The notes beneath the pieces are model-generated. The model was not told the DNA's origin. It ran no database searches and saw only the letters and a list, made by a program, of their open reading frames with translations. From sequence record MN871445.1: a DNA stretch of 64,000 nt; one strand, written 5' to 3'. This document shows positions 17,370 to 27,320 of this stretch, one piece after another. Each line of letters opens with the position of its first letter. Positions within the stretch are counted from its first letter, which is position 1. The position numbers and the translations under genes were made by a program.

Positions 17370-18341
17370 ATGACTGACCGCACTCTTTCTTTATACGGCG
17401 CCGGTGGCGCTGGCAGTAATCAGGTTAAACCATTTATTGGTGTAAGTACTCTCCCAGGCTATGCTAAAATGGCCTGTACGCTTATCGACACCAGTGATAG
17501 CAACATCACCGATGGCGTACCGGAAGAGAACGTATTTATCCTGGACGGCGTGGATGGTTCCGGCAAGGTCCGCGCCCAGAACTATGAGGTCATCCTCAAC
17601 ACTACCCGTCAAATTCTTCTTCAGCATCCCTTCGGTGACGTCGCAGTCATCGTGTTTTCTGCAAGCGGCGGTTCCGGTTCGGTGTTCGCCCCAATCATCA
17701 TGCAGGAAGCCATCGCCAAAGGCGTGCCAATTATTGGTATCGTTATTGGTACCCACGGCACTGCTAAAGAAGCGGAAAACACAGTTAATACACTGAAGTC
17801 CATGGACAACATGGCACGTAAGAACGGCGTCCCGTTTGTTATCATCTATGAACGCAACCGTCGCGATTACGGCCGCAAAAAGGTGGACGAAGCAATCCGC
17901 GCAGCCATCCTGCAAATTTCACTGCTGGTTGGTACCATGAACAACAACTCGGGCCTGGACAGCGCCGATATCAAAAACTGGGTCTATTTCCAGTCGGTGA
18001 CGGATGTCCCACCACAATTGGCTTTGCTGGATATTATTCTTAATGAAGAATGTTCTAAGGATATCAGCGATCCTATTTCGGTGGCCAGCATCTATGAAGA
18101 AGGGCACGATGCTGAGTTTCCTTTTGCTTCTGACTACGGTTGCGAAGGGTTTAAAGCCAGTGGAATTGCCCCGGAACATAAAGAAGTTCATTTCGTCATT
18201 TCTATCAGTGATGTGCCCCAGCTCTTCAGTATGGAAAAAGAGCAGGTCGACCGGTATCGTGAGGTTAAAAACTCACGAGTAGTCCAATCATCCCTCACGG
18301 ATAAAAACGACAAAACTACCGACGACGGCATGGTTCTTTAA
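17370..18341 (+). CDS. phuZ: PhuZ phage tubulin
   Basis: YGAGGAGSN, DTSDSN, DGSGK and the tubulin signature SGGSGS; C-terminal DDGMVL tail. Confidence 0.95.
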   Translation: MTDRTLSLYGAGGAGSNQVKPFIGVSTLPGYAKMACTLIDTSDSNITDGVPEENVFILDGVDGSGKVRAQNYEVILNTTRQILLQHPFGDVAVIVFSASGGSGSVFAPIIMQEAIAKGVPIIGIVIGTHGTAKEAENTVNTLKSMDNMARKNGVPFVIIYERNRRDYGRKKVDEAIRAAILQISLLVGTMNNNSGLDSADIKNWVYFQSVTDVPPQLALLDIILNEECSKDISDPISVASIYEEGHDAEFPFASDYGCEGFKASGIAPEHKEVHFVISISDVPQLFSMEKEQVDRYREVKNSRVVQSSLTDKNDKTTDDGMVL

Positions 18342-18345
18342 AACG

Positions 18346-18392
18346 CAACATAAACCACAGGGAGAGGCTAATAGCCTCTCCCCATATGCCGC
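18346..18392 (+). terminator. hairpin with CATA/TATG flanks
   Basis: caacata...gggagaggc-taata-gcctctccc-catatgccg. Confidence 0.75.
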
Positions 18393-18479
18393 TTTACCAA
18401 AATACCAATAATTAACTAGAACGCGTTTTAGGGTAGTTAAAAAAGACATCTTCGATTAATGGTAGGACGGATACAAAAA

Positions 18480-18500
18480 CTCTTTACATTTATATTACTA
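18480..18500 (+). promoter_or_regulatory. early promoter
   Basis: exact TATATTAC at 18491-18498, ahead of the 11-gene array. Confidence 0.7.
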
Positions 18501-18535
18501 CATTGACTACCAGCCACAAATTCCTGGAGTACGTA

Positions 18536-18931
18536 ATGTACAAAACTGATAATAAAAGTTATCGGGCAGTTTATTTGTTTGACGTGAGTGAATCATTGCG
18601 GGACCTCGATGATATCATTGCCACCAACTTTCAAATGCCCGATGACCGAATGCGCGGACAAATCATAATTTTGGGTATTGTCCAAGCAATGAAGCAATGG
18701 GGATTGCCTGGTCTGAAAATAAATCCATCAACATATATCCAAGGAGAGGAATGGTTTCATTGGGAAACTCTCGGTGAATCTATTATGGATTTACTAAACG
18801 ACATGGCCCTTTATTTTCGAACTCGACATGGCCAAACATTATATCGATATTGTTCTTCCATCCCGACCTTAGAAATTGATGATATTATTCTGGATGAAGG
18901 AAACATCTTCTTCTGCTTTGAGGCAATATAA
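18536..18931 (+). CDS. acidic array C gene 1
   Basis: GGAG RBS; helical core followed by IDDIILDEGNIFFCF hairpin-like end. Confidence 0.7.
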   Translation: MYKTDNKSYRAVYLFDVSESLRDLDDIIATNFQMPDDRMRGQIIILGIVQAMKQWGLPGLKINPSTYIQGEEWFHWETLGESIMDLLNDMALYFRTRHGQTLYRYCSSIPTLEIDDIILDEGNIFFCFEAI

Positions 18932-19494
18932 TGGAAAACACCAATGTATTACTCGCAACAGGCGTCGTTGCTGACAATATTCGATATCAATCAGAACTCT
19001 TATTTCAACCGGTAGGTCTGACGCCACTAACTCAACAAGAAGCTATTGCTATTGTGCATCGAATGATGGGTGAACTCATCGAAGTTACACAAGCATGGAG
19101 CCGCCGTCAGATGATATCCTGGCCCACCATATTAGAAGTTTGCCGACCAGAATTACTGCACACGCATTTAGAAATCCTCTGGCCAACTAATTGGACCCCA
19201 ACGAACGAAGACGATGAGCCGCCGTACTGTCCTTTGGCGGATGTATTCGTGTCGGAGATATTGGGGGCTGCGGTTAATGTCCTGGATCATCGAATTTTGC
19301 GTGCTATTGTGCGGGATACAAAGAGCTGGGATGTATTCACTTTAATCCCTATCGGCGATACCGGGGACCTCATTTTAAAAAATGAGGGCGATTACCGCAT
19401 CATGGATTGGATGCAGCGATATCAAAATATTGAAGATGAAAAAGCCCGTAGAGAGGCATTGGCCTGGAGTAAACGTAATGGGTATGGATTATGA
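18931..19494 (+). CDS. acidic array C gene 2
   Basis: TAATG stop-start overlap. Confidence 0.7.
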   Translation: MENTNVLLATGVVADNIRYQSELLFQPVGLTPLTQQEAIAIVHRMMGELIEVTQAWSRRQMISWPTILEVCRPELLHTHLEILWPTNWTPTNEDDEPPYCPLADVFVSEILGAAVNVLDHRILRAIVRDTKSWDVFTLIPIGDTGDLILKNEGDYRIMDWMQRYQNIEDEKARREALAWSKRNGYGL

Positions 19495-19939
19495 TGATTA
19501 TGGTGAGTTGTTGGATAAATTGACCCAACCCCCCGTTAACTCGGAACCAGAACCACCCAAACCTGCATCGATTTGTTTGTCGTTTGAAGATGTTATTGAG
19601 TACGCCAATCTGGAATTGGAACAACTTAATGACGTAGCCGCAATTGCATTCAATGCTCAATCAATGCTCCTACCTATCCTGACTGAAGTATTTTATCAAG
19701 AAAAAACGCGGATGGCCGGTAGGATGAGAACGATCACTGAACTTGAGTATTATGGTATCCCCACTCTAGTCGCTGAATCGTTTTATAATGATATCCGCGA
19801 CCGAGTGTTAAATAAGGTATTGAGGCATTATCCGAACGGGGTGCATCAGGTGGATACGGGGTTTTCGTTCATGACTCCCATGGATGTTTTATTTATGCCG
19901 GTGAGATTATCGGAGGTAAAGCATGGTCGTTGGGGATAA
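19478..19939 (+). CDS. acidic array C gene 3
   Basis: GGAG RBS inside the upstream gene. Confidence 0.7.
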   Translation: MGMDYDDYGELLDKLTQPPVNSEPEPPKPASICLSFEDVIEYANLELEQLNDVAAIAFNAQSMLLPILTEVFYQEKTRMAGRMRTITELEYYGIPTLVAESFYNDIRDRVLNKVLRHYPNGVHQVDTGFSFMTPMDVLFMPVRLSEVKHGRWG

Positions 19940-20405
19940 ACCACATTGTTGGATCACTACAGTACAGCCCACGGATGGGCTGTTTGATTACCATTGTCTA
20001 CTTGCACTTACGGGCTTCGCCATCGGTTCTACGGAACTCATGGCTGAAGCCTTGCGTTATGCCCTCGCTATGGTGAATCCAAAGGAAGATGACCCGGTTG
20101 ACGCTGAGATGCTTTGGGAAAATATCGTTGAATATATTCGAGAACTCCCAGCAGAAATGCTAGAACAGTATTTATATTTACGGCGTTGTAACTGGGCAGA
20201 TTTCATACAACTTGAAGCGGATGCTATTACGCAGGCGGTGGTCGCAGTGGCTCAAGAATACAGTGAAATTATTAGGCCAATGATTCGTTGTGGGATCACG
20301 CCTAGAAGCATCACCGATATTGTTGTTATTGATGATGCCGCGTATATTTATTATTACCCAGAGGTAATCTCTAGAGAACATAATCGCTGGATGCTAACTT
20401 CATGA
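19923..20405 (+). CDS. acidic array C gene 4
   Basis: GGAGGT RBS, overlapping start. Confidence 0.7.
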   Translation: MVVGDKPHCWITTVQPTDGLFDYHCLLALTGFAIGSTELMAEALRYALAMVNPKEDDPVDAEMLWENIVEYIRELPAEMLEQYLYLRRCNWADFIQLEADAITQAVVAVAQEYSEIIRPMIRCGITPRSITDIVVIDDAAYIYYYPEVISREHNRWMLTS

Positions 20406-20770
20406 AACCAAATGTCGTTATCTTAAATACTATCTTTATACCTGGTATGGTAACCCACATGAACGTAGACAATAAACTTTACGTTCAAGAGTTATTCCGT
20501 GTGGTCAATATGGCTGACCAACAACACCAGTGTTGGGACCAATGGGATTCAGTAAATCAGGTATTTGAAGAACAATATCCCAATTTACATTATGACATTG
20601 TTGGAGATATCACCAACACGACCATTCAAGAAGCCATGTCCAACTTTGACCAAACCAAAGCCATAATGCGCGAAATAGAGGTAAAGGAAGGTGGGTATTG
20701 TGATTTCGTTGTATTGGGGGTTGATGTTGACTGTATAGCCGTTGAGGTCACCATGTATGAACCGTTTTAA
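20402..20770 (+). CDS. acidic array C gene 5
   Basis: ATGA overlap. Confidence 0.7.
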   Translation: MKPNVVILNTIFIPGMVTHMNVDNKLYVQELFRVVNMADQQHQCWDQWDSVNQVFEEQYPNLHYDIVGDITNTTIQEAMSNFDQTKAIMREIEVKEGGYCDFVVLGVDVDCIAVEVTMYEPF

Positions 20771-21140
20771 TGTTGTTTATCCCTCAACACTCGAACTGTT
20801 GGAGTATTACCCCAATTTAGGATCTAAAACAGCATTCATTAATATCGTATTTTGGATTATTCAAGACCCCACCTTAGAGAGGGTAGAATGCATAGATAAG
20901 CAGGATATTATCGATATCCTGGATTGGGATAATCCGAATCTAACCCCAAATCAAATAAATACATTAGCCAATTGTGTTTACCACGCCGTCAGTATTTATT
21001 GGCGCAAGTATCGACCGTGGTTTGTTGAAATAGGAAGAATCCATCGTGATGGTATCATCAAACTCAATGAAGTTAATCGCCACGCCACCATTTTCTCGGT
21101 CACCCCAATACGACAAGGTAATCATCAATACACCAGCTGA
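20757..21140 (+). CDS. acidic array C gene 6
   Basis: GAGG RBS; FINIVFWIIQ...IIDIL...RHATIF. Confidence 0.7.
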   Translation: MNRFNVVYPSTLELLEYYPNLGSKTAFINIVFWIIQDPTLERVECIDKQDIIDILDWDNPNLTPNQINTLANCVYHAVSIYWRKYRPWFVEIGRIHRDGIIKLNEVNRHATIFSVTPIRQGNHQYTS

Positions 21141-21141
21141 A

Positions 21142-21474
21142 ATGGTATTCGATTGCCCGAACGGGATTGCCTTTAACAAATTCATTGATATGGTGTTAGT
21201 GATTATTCAGCTTGCTAAAAATAGGCATGTGTTAAATACTCATCCGGAGAAAATTACGGCACTTATTCTTACGACGTATCCTGAATTCGGCACCCATTAC
21301 TGCGAAATGGTCAGTCGGCGAGTATTGGCGGCGGCATTAGTACATTACTCGACGCTTAAACCGGCGCTGCCCGCTGATACAACGGCAGATACCATATATC
21401 GGGTAGTTGCAATGGATAAGTACGCCACCGTATTGATGCCAAGAGGACTTCAAAATGATTACTTACGTCTTTGA
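21142..21474 (+). CDS. array C gene 7 (start uncertain, 21046-21142)
   Basis: FIDMVLVIIQ...KYATVL resembles gene 6. Confidence 0.6.
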   Translation: MVFDCPNGIAFNKFIDMVLVIIQLAKNRHVLNTHPEKITALILTTYPEFGTHYCEMVSRRVLAAALVHYSTLKPALPADTTADTIYRVVAMDKYATVLMPRGLQNDYLRL

Positions 21475-21898
21475 GTTACACCCATTTATAGAAGCCAACC
21501 CTGATGTGGCTATTGGGGTGTATCCCTACAACGTATTCTTGAGGGACGTTATTTGGGTGGCTCATCGAGGGCATCGCAAAGCTGCCGACCTCTACGAGTC
21601 CATTTTCGATATACTGGAAACAGTAGACCCCGAGGCCAAGTTACATACAGTGGGAGACATACTTAAATGTATTTGTCAGACAGCAGAGAAATTAAAACCG
21701 TGGCTAGCCCCAACGCTAAAAACATTCGGGACAGAACCAATTCAGCTATCTCAGCTCGAAGTGGTATCGGTATCCATGATGGGGGGAGTAGTATTAAAAG
21801 TAATGACTACTCCTGGATTATCCTATCAGTCGGAGAAAAAATGGACGCCCTGCGAGCCATCCTCAATCTCCCGGCCCTGTATTTCGACGACGCGCTAA
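21455..21898 (+). CDS. array C gene 8
   Basis: GAGGA RBS; FLRDVIW..IFDIL..LKPW. Confidence 0.7.
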   Translation: MITYVFELHPFIEANPDVAIGVYPYNVFLRDVIWVAHRGHRKAADLYESIFDILETVDPEAKLHTVGDILKCICQTAEKLKPWLAPTLKTFGTEPIQLSQLEVVSVSMMGGVVLKVMTTPGLSYQSEKKWTPCEPSSISRPCISTTR

Positions 21899-22242
21899 CC
21901 TTAACCTGTACCGGCTGGGAAAATTATTATGTCCAGTACCGCCAGGAAACAAAACAGTTTCTCTTTTATGACGTGGAAGAATTATTGTCTGCCGCAATAG
22001 AAGAGTGCTTCATGAACCAGGCGGAGTATGATACAAATAGCGCCGCGTTTAATACAATAAGTCAAGTGCAATTCATCACGGATCATCTGTATGAAGCGAT
22101 GCAGTTACTCGATGATATACTTACCATCAATCTTATCGCACGACTGGACGATCAACATCAGATAGGGCTCGTGCGAACGATCGGCGAAGATATAGCCATA
22201 AGGATAGACCGTGCTTGCTACTTTGACAAAAACAGAAAATAA
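21841..22242 (+). CDS. acidic array C gene 9
   Basis: GGAG RBS before ATG 21841. Confidence 0.7.
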   Translation: MDALRAILNLPALYFDDALTLTCTGWENYYVQYRQETKQFLFYDVEELLSAAIEECFMNQAEYDTNSAAFNTISQVQFITDHLYEAMQLLDDILTINLIARLDDQHQIGLVRTIGEDIAIRIDRACYFDKNRK

Positions 22243-22561
22243 ATGGTTGATTATAGACCTCTGCGGACTCATTCAAGAAATAGCTGACAGGGTCCAACGT
22301 TTTAGATTGGACCCAGATAAACTTATTTCCATCGCGGTATTTCATCTGAATTCCAGAGAAAGCCCAATTGTGGTGGACCCAGTATTCGAGAATTTAGAAG
22401 ATGACATCCGTGACAATGATGCTGCATGGGACTTGGTGGAACAACAAATTACTTTATTGATTAAACAATTGGAACTCAAAGTGTCCGCGGACATTTCCAG
22501 TATACTGCAATATGAGTACTTGGAAGATGGCTTGGCCTTAAAGTACTGCTGCGAGAATTAA
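22211..22561 (+). CDS. acidic array C gene 10
   Basis: AAGGA RBS; GTG start overlapping the upstream gene. Confidence 0.65.
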   Translation: MLATLTKTENKWLIIDLCGLIQEIADRVQRFRLDPDKLISIAVFHLNSRESPIVVDPVFENLEDDIRDNDAAWDLVEQQITLLIKQLELKVSADISSILQYEYLEDGLALKYCCEN

Positions 22562-22563
22562 CT

Positions 22564-22935
22564 ATGACCACATATGTCGTCGATGAAGCATCTTCCCGAG
22601 ATGTTATTGAAAAAACAATGGCATTGTTGTTTGAACCTGACGAATGCCTGGCGTGGGAACACATTAATTTAGCTATAAAGACAGCCAATAATGTTATCCA
22701 CGCTTTTTTTACTGACCCTGGCGACATATTGAGTGTAGTTAAAGGGGCTGTCGGCATCTATGATGATTGCGATGATTGGTTAACTGAAGACCACCCTCTG
22801 TTTATTGATTTGATGGAGGCATGTGACGAATTAGTTATGGCGGTTGATGTTCTGGTCGATGACTTGCATTTACCCAACCACGTTAGCAGAGTCAAGATAG
22901 GTGATAATGAAGGCACGGTACTCATTATTGTTTGA
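22564..22935 (+). CDS. acidic array C gene 11
   Basis: 2-nt gap from the upstream stop; highly acidic. Confidence 0.7.
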   Translation: MTTYVVDEASSRDVIEKTMALLFEPDECLAWEHINLAIKTANNVIHAFFTDPGDILSVVKGAVGIYDDCDDWLTEDHPLFIDLMEACDELVMAVDVLVDDLHLPNHVSRVKIGDNEGTVLIIV

Positions 22936-22965
22936 TGATATAACCCTTCCCCGGAGCTAATTCCC

Positions 22966-23394
22966 ATGCCACAAATTCTTAATAAAATGGATATTGGTGA
23001 TACCGTCACTTTCGACGTATATCCAGCGCCCATTCTAGGCACCCAGTTTAAAAACTGTACCAACTTAGCGATTCTCGATTACGATACCGTTAAGCTGATG
23101 AATATCGACCCCGACGCGATGCATGCAAAAGTGGTAGGGTATCTACCCGCCGCACAAAAACAGGGCAGTTGGGCGAAGGCCAGTGGCTACCCCTGGATTC
23201 GCATTCGTTTGGCAAACGGTACGATAACTGCCATTGGGCAAACCTGGATTAATGCAGACACCATCGTAATTAATGATTCCCTGACAATTACGCTTGTTTT
23301 GACCGATGCCAATCAAACGGATATTGATAAACTCTCGGTTATGATGTCTGCTAATGGCTACGACGCCACCAAGTACTCAATTACCAGTAGTTAA
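22966..23394 (+). CDS. conserved phiKZ-like beta-barrel (SH3-like) protein upstream of the DNA polymerase
   Basis: GDTVTFDVYP..ILG..F..., YPWIRIRL..G...AIG..WI; syntenic position. Confidence 0.55.
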   Translation: MPQILNKMDIGDTVTFDVYPAPILGTQFKNCTNLAILDYDTVKLMNIDPDAMHAKVVGYLPAAQKQGSWAKASGYPWIRIRLANGTITAIGQTWINADTIVINDSLTITLVLTDANQTDIDKLSVMMSANGYDATKYSITSS

Positions 23395-23477
23395 AAAATA
23401 CTGGACTACCCTATTGTTTAGTAGGTCCCAGGAAACAGTACTCACATGTAGTGCACCATTTTTTATCCCCTAAACTT

Positions 23478-23512
23478 ATTTGCCTCTCCTTCGGGAGAGG
23501 CTCTTTTTTTCG
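23478..23512 (+). terminator. intrinsic terminator
   Basis: gcctctcc-ttcg-ggagaggc followed by a T-tract. Confidence 0.8.
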
Positions 23513-23578
23513 CCTTTTTATTTTTTTACTTCGGACGTACATCGTGTACTAGATAACAAAAATATAGGATTGTGAACC

Positions 23579-25813
23579 ATGCGCTCGCCATTTCTTTATC
23601 CTGAAGATGCAGATTACAAACGTGATTTTGCTATCTTTGGTAGATATATTAAAGATGCTGCTTTTTTGCTACACAAGCAAACGGGATATGACTTAGACTA
23701 CTGCACAGACTGGGTACGTAAGTCTATCAATAAAGGTGGGAAGCACGAAGCGAAAAACCCTAAGGCGTTTATACTCAATTCTGAGAATAATGGTAACCGT
23801 AAACGCCAAGTAACGACCGTCACTGAATACATTGCAAATATCGTCAAAAACAATAAGATTGTTGCACCCTCCATGACGGTGTATTCTCATCCGAAACAGA
23901 AAAAGTCATTACTTGCTGAATTTATTTTGCATAAATTGGATATGCGTAAGAAAGCTAAGAAAGAAATGTTCTTAGCTGAAAAACAAATGAACGAAGCAAA
24001 CCGCCTTGTAAAAGAAGCTACGGCGAATAATGACCAAACCATGGCATCACAGCAAGCTATAGTAGCCGCGACCATGTCTACCGAAAAAGCATACTTTAAC
24101 TGCTTACAGACATCTGCAAAAATTGCGGCTAACAGTTTATCCGGTACGTTCGGTTTTGCGGGAACGGTACTCTTTAATAAAACAGCACACTCATCATTAA
24201 CTTCTATTTGCCGTTGCGCTGCGAGTAATGCAAATGCGAATAATGAAAGATTCCTGTCGGGGAATCGACATTATTGGTCCCTCGAAGTAACGTTGAATAA
24301 TATTGTTAATATCTTGACCACGGTAGACTGCAATCGGGTTCGTGAAGTTGTGGAACGTTACGGTCTGGTTTATCCTACCGTTGAACAAGTTGTAGAAGCG
24401 GTTCGGGGATGCACCGATTACTATTGGAGTAAAAGCAGCCCAGCACTATTTCAAAAAGTCGTGGACTTCATACACACCCTGACCCCAGAAGAGCGGGCCG
24501 GGTATCTGTATAACCAGGATGCTTACCATGTAATGAAATGTAATGATCATTTCTTTAGAGTACTCGTTAAGAAAATGATCACCATCCCCGATGAATTACC
24601 GGATGACCCAGACCACTGGATGAAACTAATGGATGAAGATATCCTAATGTTTGCATCGAGGCTATGTAGTCCTTTCATGTCTGGTAAATCAGTAAAAGAT
24701 TTAGAGAACGCTTATAAGGAAGGAAAAAATAAAGATTATTTGCGTTTTGTAGCCGTCGTTAAAAACGTACTGGTAAACCTGCAAGATTATGCTGATTTCA
24801 TTCAAACATTTTGGGCTACCTCGAACCCACCTATGAGTTTGGCTATGATACCGACCATGATGCGGCGTTGCGCAGTACTGTCGGATACAGACTCCACTAT
24901 TTTCACTACTCAAGATTGGACTACATGGTATCAAGGAAAACTTGATTTTACTTATGAGTCAGAATCCGTATCGGCATTGATGGTTTATTTTACCAGTTGC
25001 ATGACTACACATCTCCTGGCAATGCATTCCGCTCAAATGGGTGTGGACCGAGAACAACTGTATACGTTAGCAATGAAATCAGAATTTGCCAACCCTCTAT
25101 TAGGACTAACTACTCGAGGAAAACATTATTACTCTTACGTCAGTGCTAAAGAGGGCAACGTATATAGTGAATACGTTCTGGATATTAAGGGCGTAGGGTT
25201 ACGTAACTCAAAATTACCGCCAAATATCCGAGAATCGAGCGATAACTTTATTCGTCACGTAATGGATACTATCATGAAAGGCGAGAAACTGTCCGTACAT
25301 GAAGTACTTACGCGGGTTGCCGATGAAGAACGAGAAATTATCCGTTCCATTCATGCTGGCGAACCAACTTACTTATCCGTAGCAAAAATCAACACAGCTG
25401 ATGCCTACAAACAAAAAGAACTGAACTCCACATATCAACTATACGGATTATGGGAACAGGTGTTCGCACCCAAGTATGGACATGCCCCATTACCGCCGTT
25501 TGATTGCGTAGCAGTAAATATCGATGCTAACAATAAAAGCGACATGGCGGCTTGGTTGGATAATTCCGGGGACGAGCAGTTCGCTCAACGTTTCAGAAAT
25601 TGGTTGGCAGCAACCGGCAAAGATAAAATAACGCGTATTTTACTACCTACCGAAATACTGCGGGTACATGGGTTACCTAAAGAAATTATTAATGCGTTAG
25701 ATCTACGTAAAGTTTTGATGAATCTGATGGATGCACACTACCTGATTTTAGAATCATTGGGTGTCTTTATTCGCAACCAACGTATCTCCCACCTCGTCTC
25801 TGATACCTATTGA
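23579..25813 (+). CDS. split family-B DNA polymerase, motif B/C (palm-thumb) subunit (phiKZ gp50-like)
   Basis: motif B KIAANSLSGTFG, motif C LSDTDS, GKHY and IKG; no exonuclease domain or motif A. Confidence 0.9.
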   Translation: MRSPFLYPEDADYKRDFAIFGRYIKDAAFLLHKQTGYDLDYCTDWVRKSINKGGKHEAKNPKAFILNSENNGNRKRQVTTVTEYIANIVKNNKIVAPSMTVYSHPKQKKSLLAEFILHKLDMRKKAKKEMFLAEKQMNEANRLVKEATANNDQTMASQQAIVAATMSTEKAYFNCLQTSAKIAANSLSGTFGFAGTVLFNKTAHSSLTSICRCAASNANANNERFLSGNRHYWSLEVTLNNIVNILTTVDCNRVREVVERYGLVYPTVEQVVEAVRGCTDYYWSKSSPALFQKVVDFIHTLTPEERAGYLYNQDAYHVMKCNDHFFRVLVKKMITIPDELPDDPDHWMKLMDEDILMFASRLCSPFMSGKSVKDLENAYKEGKNKDYLRFVAVVKNVLVNLQDYADFIQTFWATSNPPMSLAMIPTMMRRCAVLSDTDSTIFTTQDWTTWYQGKLDFTYESESVSALMVYFTSCMTTHLLAMHSAQMGVDREQLYTLAMKSEFANPLLGLTTRGKHYYSYVSAKEGNVYSEYVLDIKGVGLRNSKLPPNIRESSDNFIRHVMDTIMKGEKLSVHEVLTRVADEEREIIRSIHAGEPTYLSVAKINTADAYKQKELNSTYQLYGLWEQVFAPKYGHAPLPPFDCVAVNIDANNKSDMAAWLDNSGDEQFAQRFRNWLAATGKDKITRILLPTEILRVHGLPKEIINALDLRKVLMNLMDAHYLILESLGVFIRNQRISHLVSDTY

Positions 25814-25870
25814 CGGCATAGATGGAGAGGCTTTTTCGGCCTCTCCATCTTAGGGGGCTTTATGCCGCGG
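25813..25870. terminator. bidirectional hairpin with CATA/TATG flanks
   Basis: gacggcata-gatggagaggc-tttttcg-gcctctccatc...tttatgccg. Confidence 0.8.
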
Positions 25871-26945
25871 AAAAATACGGTGAGATATGTTCCAACAAAT
25901 CTTGGTTAACATACCCCGAGTCATCTCCGCGAATACCAGTAAGTAATCGTTCTTGGCTAATCCGTTTTAATGCAATCTGAATATCTACTTCAGCATGTTT
26001 GTTGGCTACATGTCCGGTACTCATGTCAAGGACCAATAACGTTTCCAATAATGGAATTTCAGCAAATGTCGTTACCCATTTATCTTGGGTAGTGGGGAGA
26101 ACCCCAGTCAGTACTGTTTTTCTAACGTTCTGAGAAAACACTTGCGGGAATGTGTCCAGTAATCCAGAAAAACTTCTAGGTTTGACTGTGGCCCAATCCA
26201 CGTAAGTGGAAATAACTTTATCTACGAACGTATATGGAGTAGCTAAATTGACGATTTGTTTCTTTTGAATGGGTAAGGTATCGATACCCACAACTTGCTT
26301 TCGTACTAAATTAATAAGTGCAACGTCACACTGAGACGGAAGCATGCCTGGAAGTACGTACTGATAAATAAAGTTAGCTGGAGTTCCTCGCATCCCTTCA
26401 GGGCGCTGTAATTGCTCACGTAACCACATCCGATACATCAAACCTAACACCGGGACGTCGATACTGAATACGGCATATCCGGTAGAATATCCGTGGTTAT
26501 CCGGGAGATGTAAGTCTAGTGAAGTATAATCGTTACGAATAACTTTCACTGGGGATTGTGTTTTCCAATCCAGACTCAATCTATTTGGATCTACGAATGA
26601 CTCAACGGCAATGTAGGCCTCTTTGGATGAACGCCCATAAAAACTTCCAGTGGGTGGAATATAGCCTCGGTTCGTCGGTGTGGTAATACCTACAGCCCGG
26701 CAGGCAGCATCGTAACGATCGGTAATTAAATCATAATAAACAGATGCCGGATGATACCACCCATCGGATAGGTTATCCAACAATTTAATTAGAATGTGTC
26801 TGCTATCTACCCAACCACCTGATTGTTGATAATATTCCCGCATGCGCACGAAGTTGTTATTCAATCTTTCTTTTATATATCGCATAGGGGTTAGGGTGGG
26901 TCCGCCCACCTGTGGGCCTTGTACCGCCAAGACGTCCGTAAACAT
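25860..26945 (-). CDS. conserved virion protein adjacent to chimallin (phiKZ gp52-like)
   Basis: GGAG RBS before ATG 26945; syntenic between the polymerase and chmA. Confidence 0.6.
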   Translation of the reverse strand: MFTDVLAVQGPQVGGPTLTPMRYIKERLNNNFVRMREYYQQSGGWVDSRHILIKLLDNLSDGWYHPASVYYDLITDRYDAACRAVGITTPTNRGYIPPTGSFYGRSSKEAYIAVESFVDPNRLSLDWKTQSPVKVIRNDYTSLDLHLPDNHGYSTGYAVFSIDVPVLGLMYRMWLREQLQRPEGMRGTPANFIYQYVLPGMLPSQCDVALINLVRKQVVGIDTLPIQKKQIVNLATPYTFVDKVISTYVDWATVKPRSFSGLLDTFPQVFSQNVRKTVLTGVLPTTQDKWVTTFAEIPLLETLLVLDMSTGHVANKHAEVDIQIALKRISQERLLTGIRGDDSGYVNQDLLEHISPYFSAA

Positions 26946-27087
26946 GGGTCGGCTCCAATTAATGTAAAAAAATACACGGTTATACATATACTGTAGAGGA
27001 AGTACCAACGACCTCTACGATTCCACACGGAGTCGGAAAGGGTTGTGATGTCGTTTGGTTATCTTGGCACTGGTACGGGCTAAACCA

Positions 27088-27118
27088 ATCCAAAATAATT
27101 AAACACCTATATCATTTT
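27088..27118 (+). promoter_or_regulatory. early promoter P1 of chmA
   Basis: aaaataattaaacacc-TATATCAT. Confidence 0.7.
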
Positions 27119-27164
27119 TACGCATATCTATCGTGATGACAAAACGCATTCCAAAAAACCGTGA

Positions 27165-27195
27165 TTGTAAATTTACATAAACGTATATTACTTAG
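27165..27195 (+). promoter_or_regulatory. early promoter P2 of chmA
   Basis: aaatttacataaacg-TATATTAC-ttaggtg. Confidence 0.75.
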
Positions 27196-27320
27196 GTGAT
27201 GGGAGTGCAGTAGATTTTCTACAGCTCATCCGAACATTGTGTTCCAAACCGTCAATGGCGTCTTGGCCCGACGCAGACCAACATTGACTTTATCTACTCC
27301 TTATAAGGGAAAATTAAACT

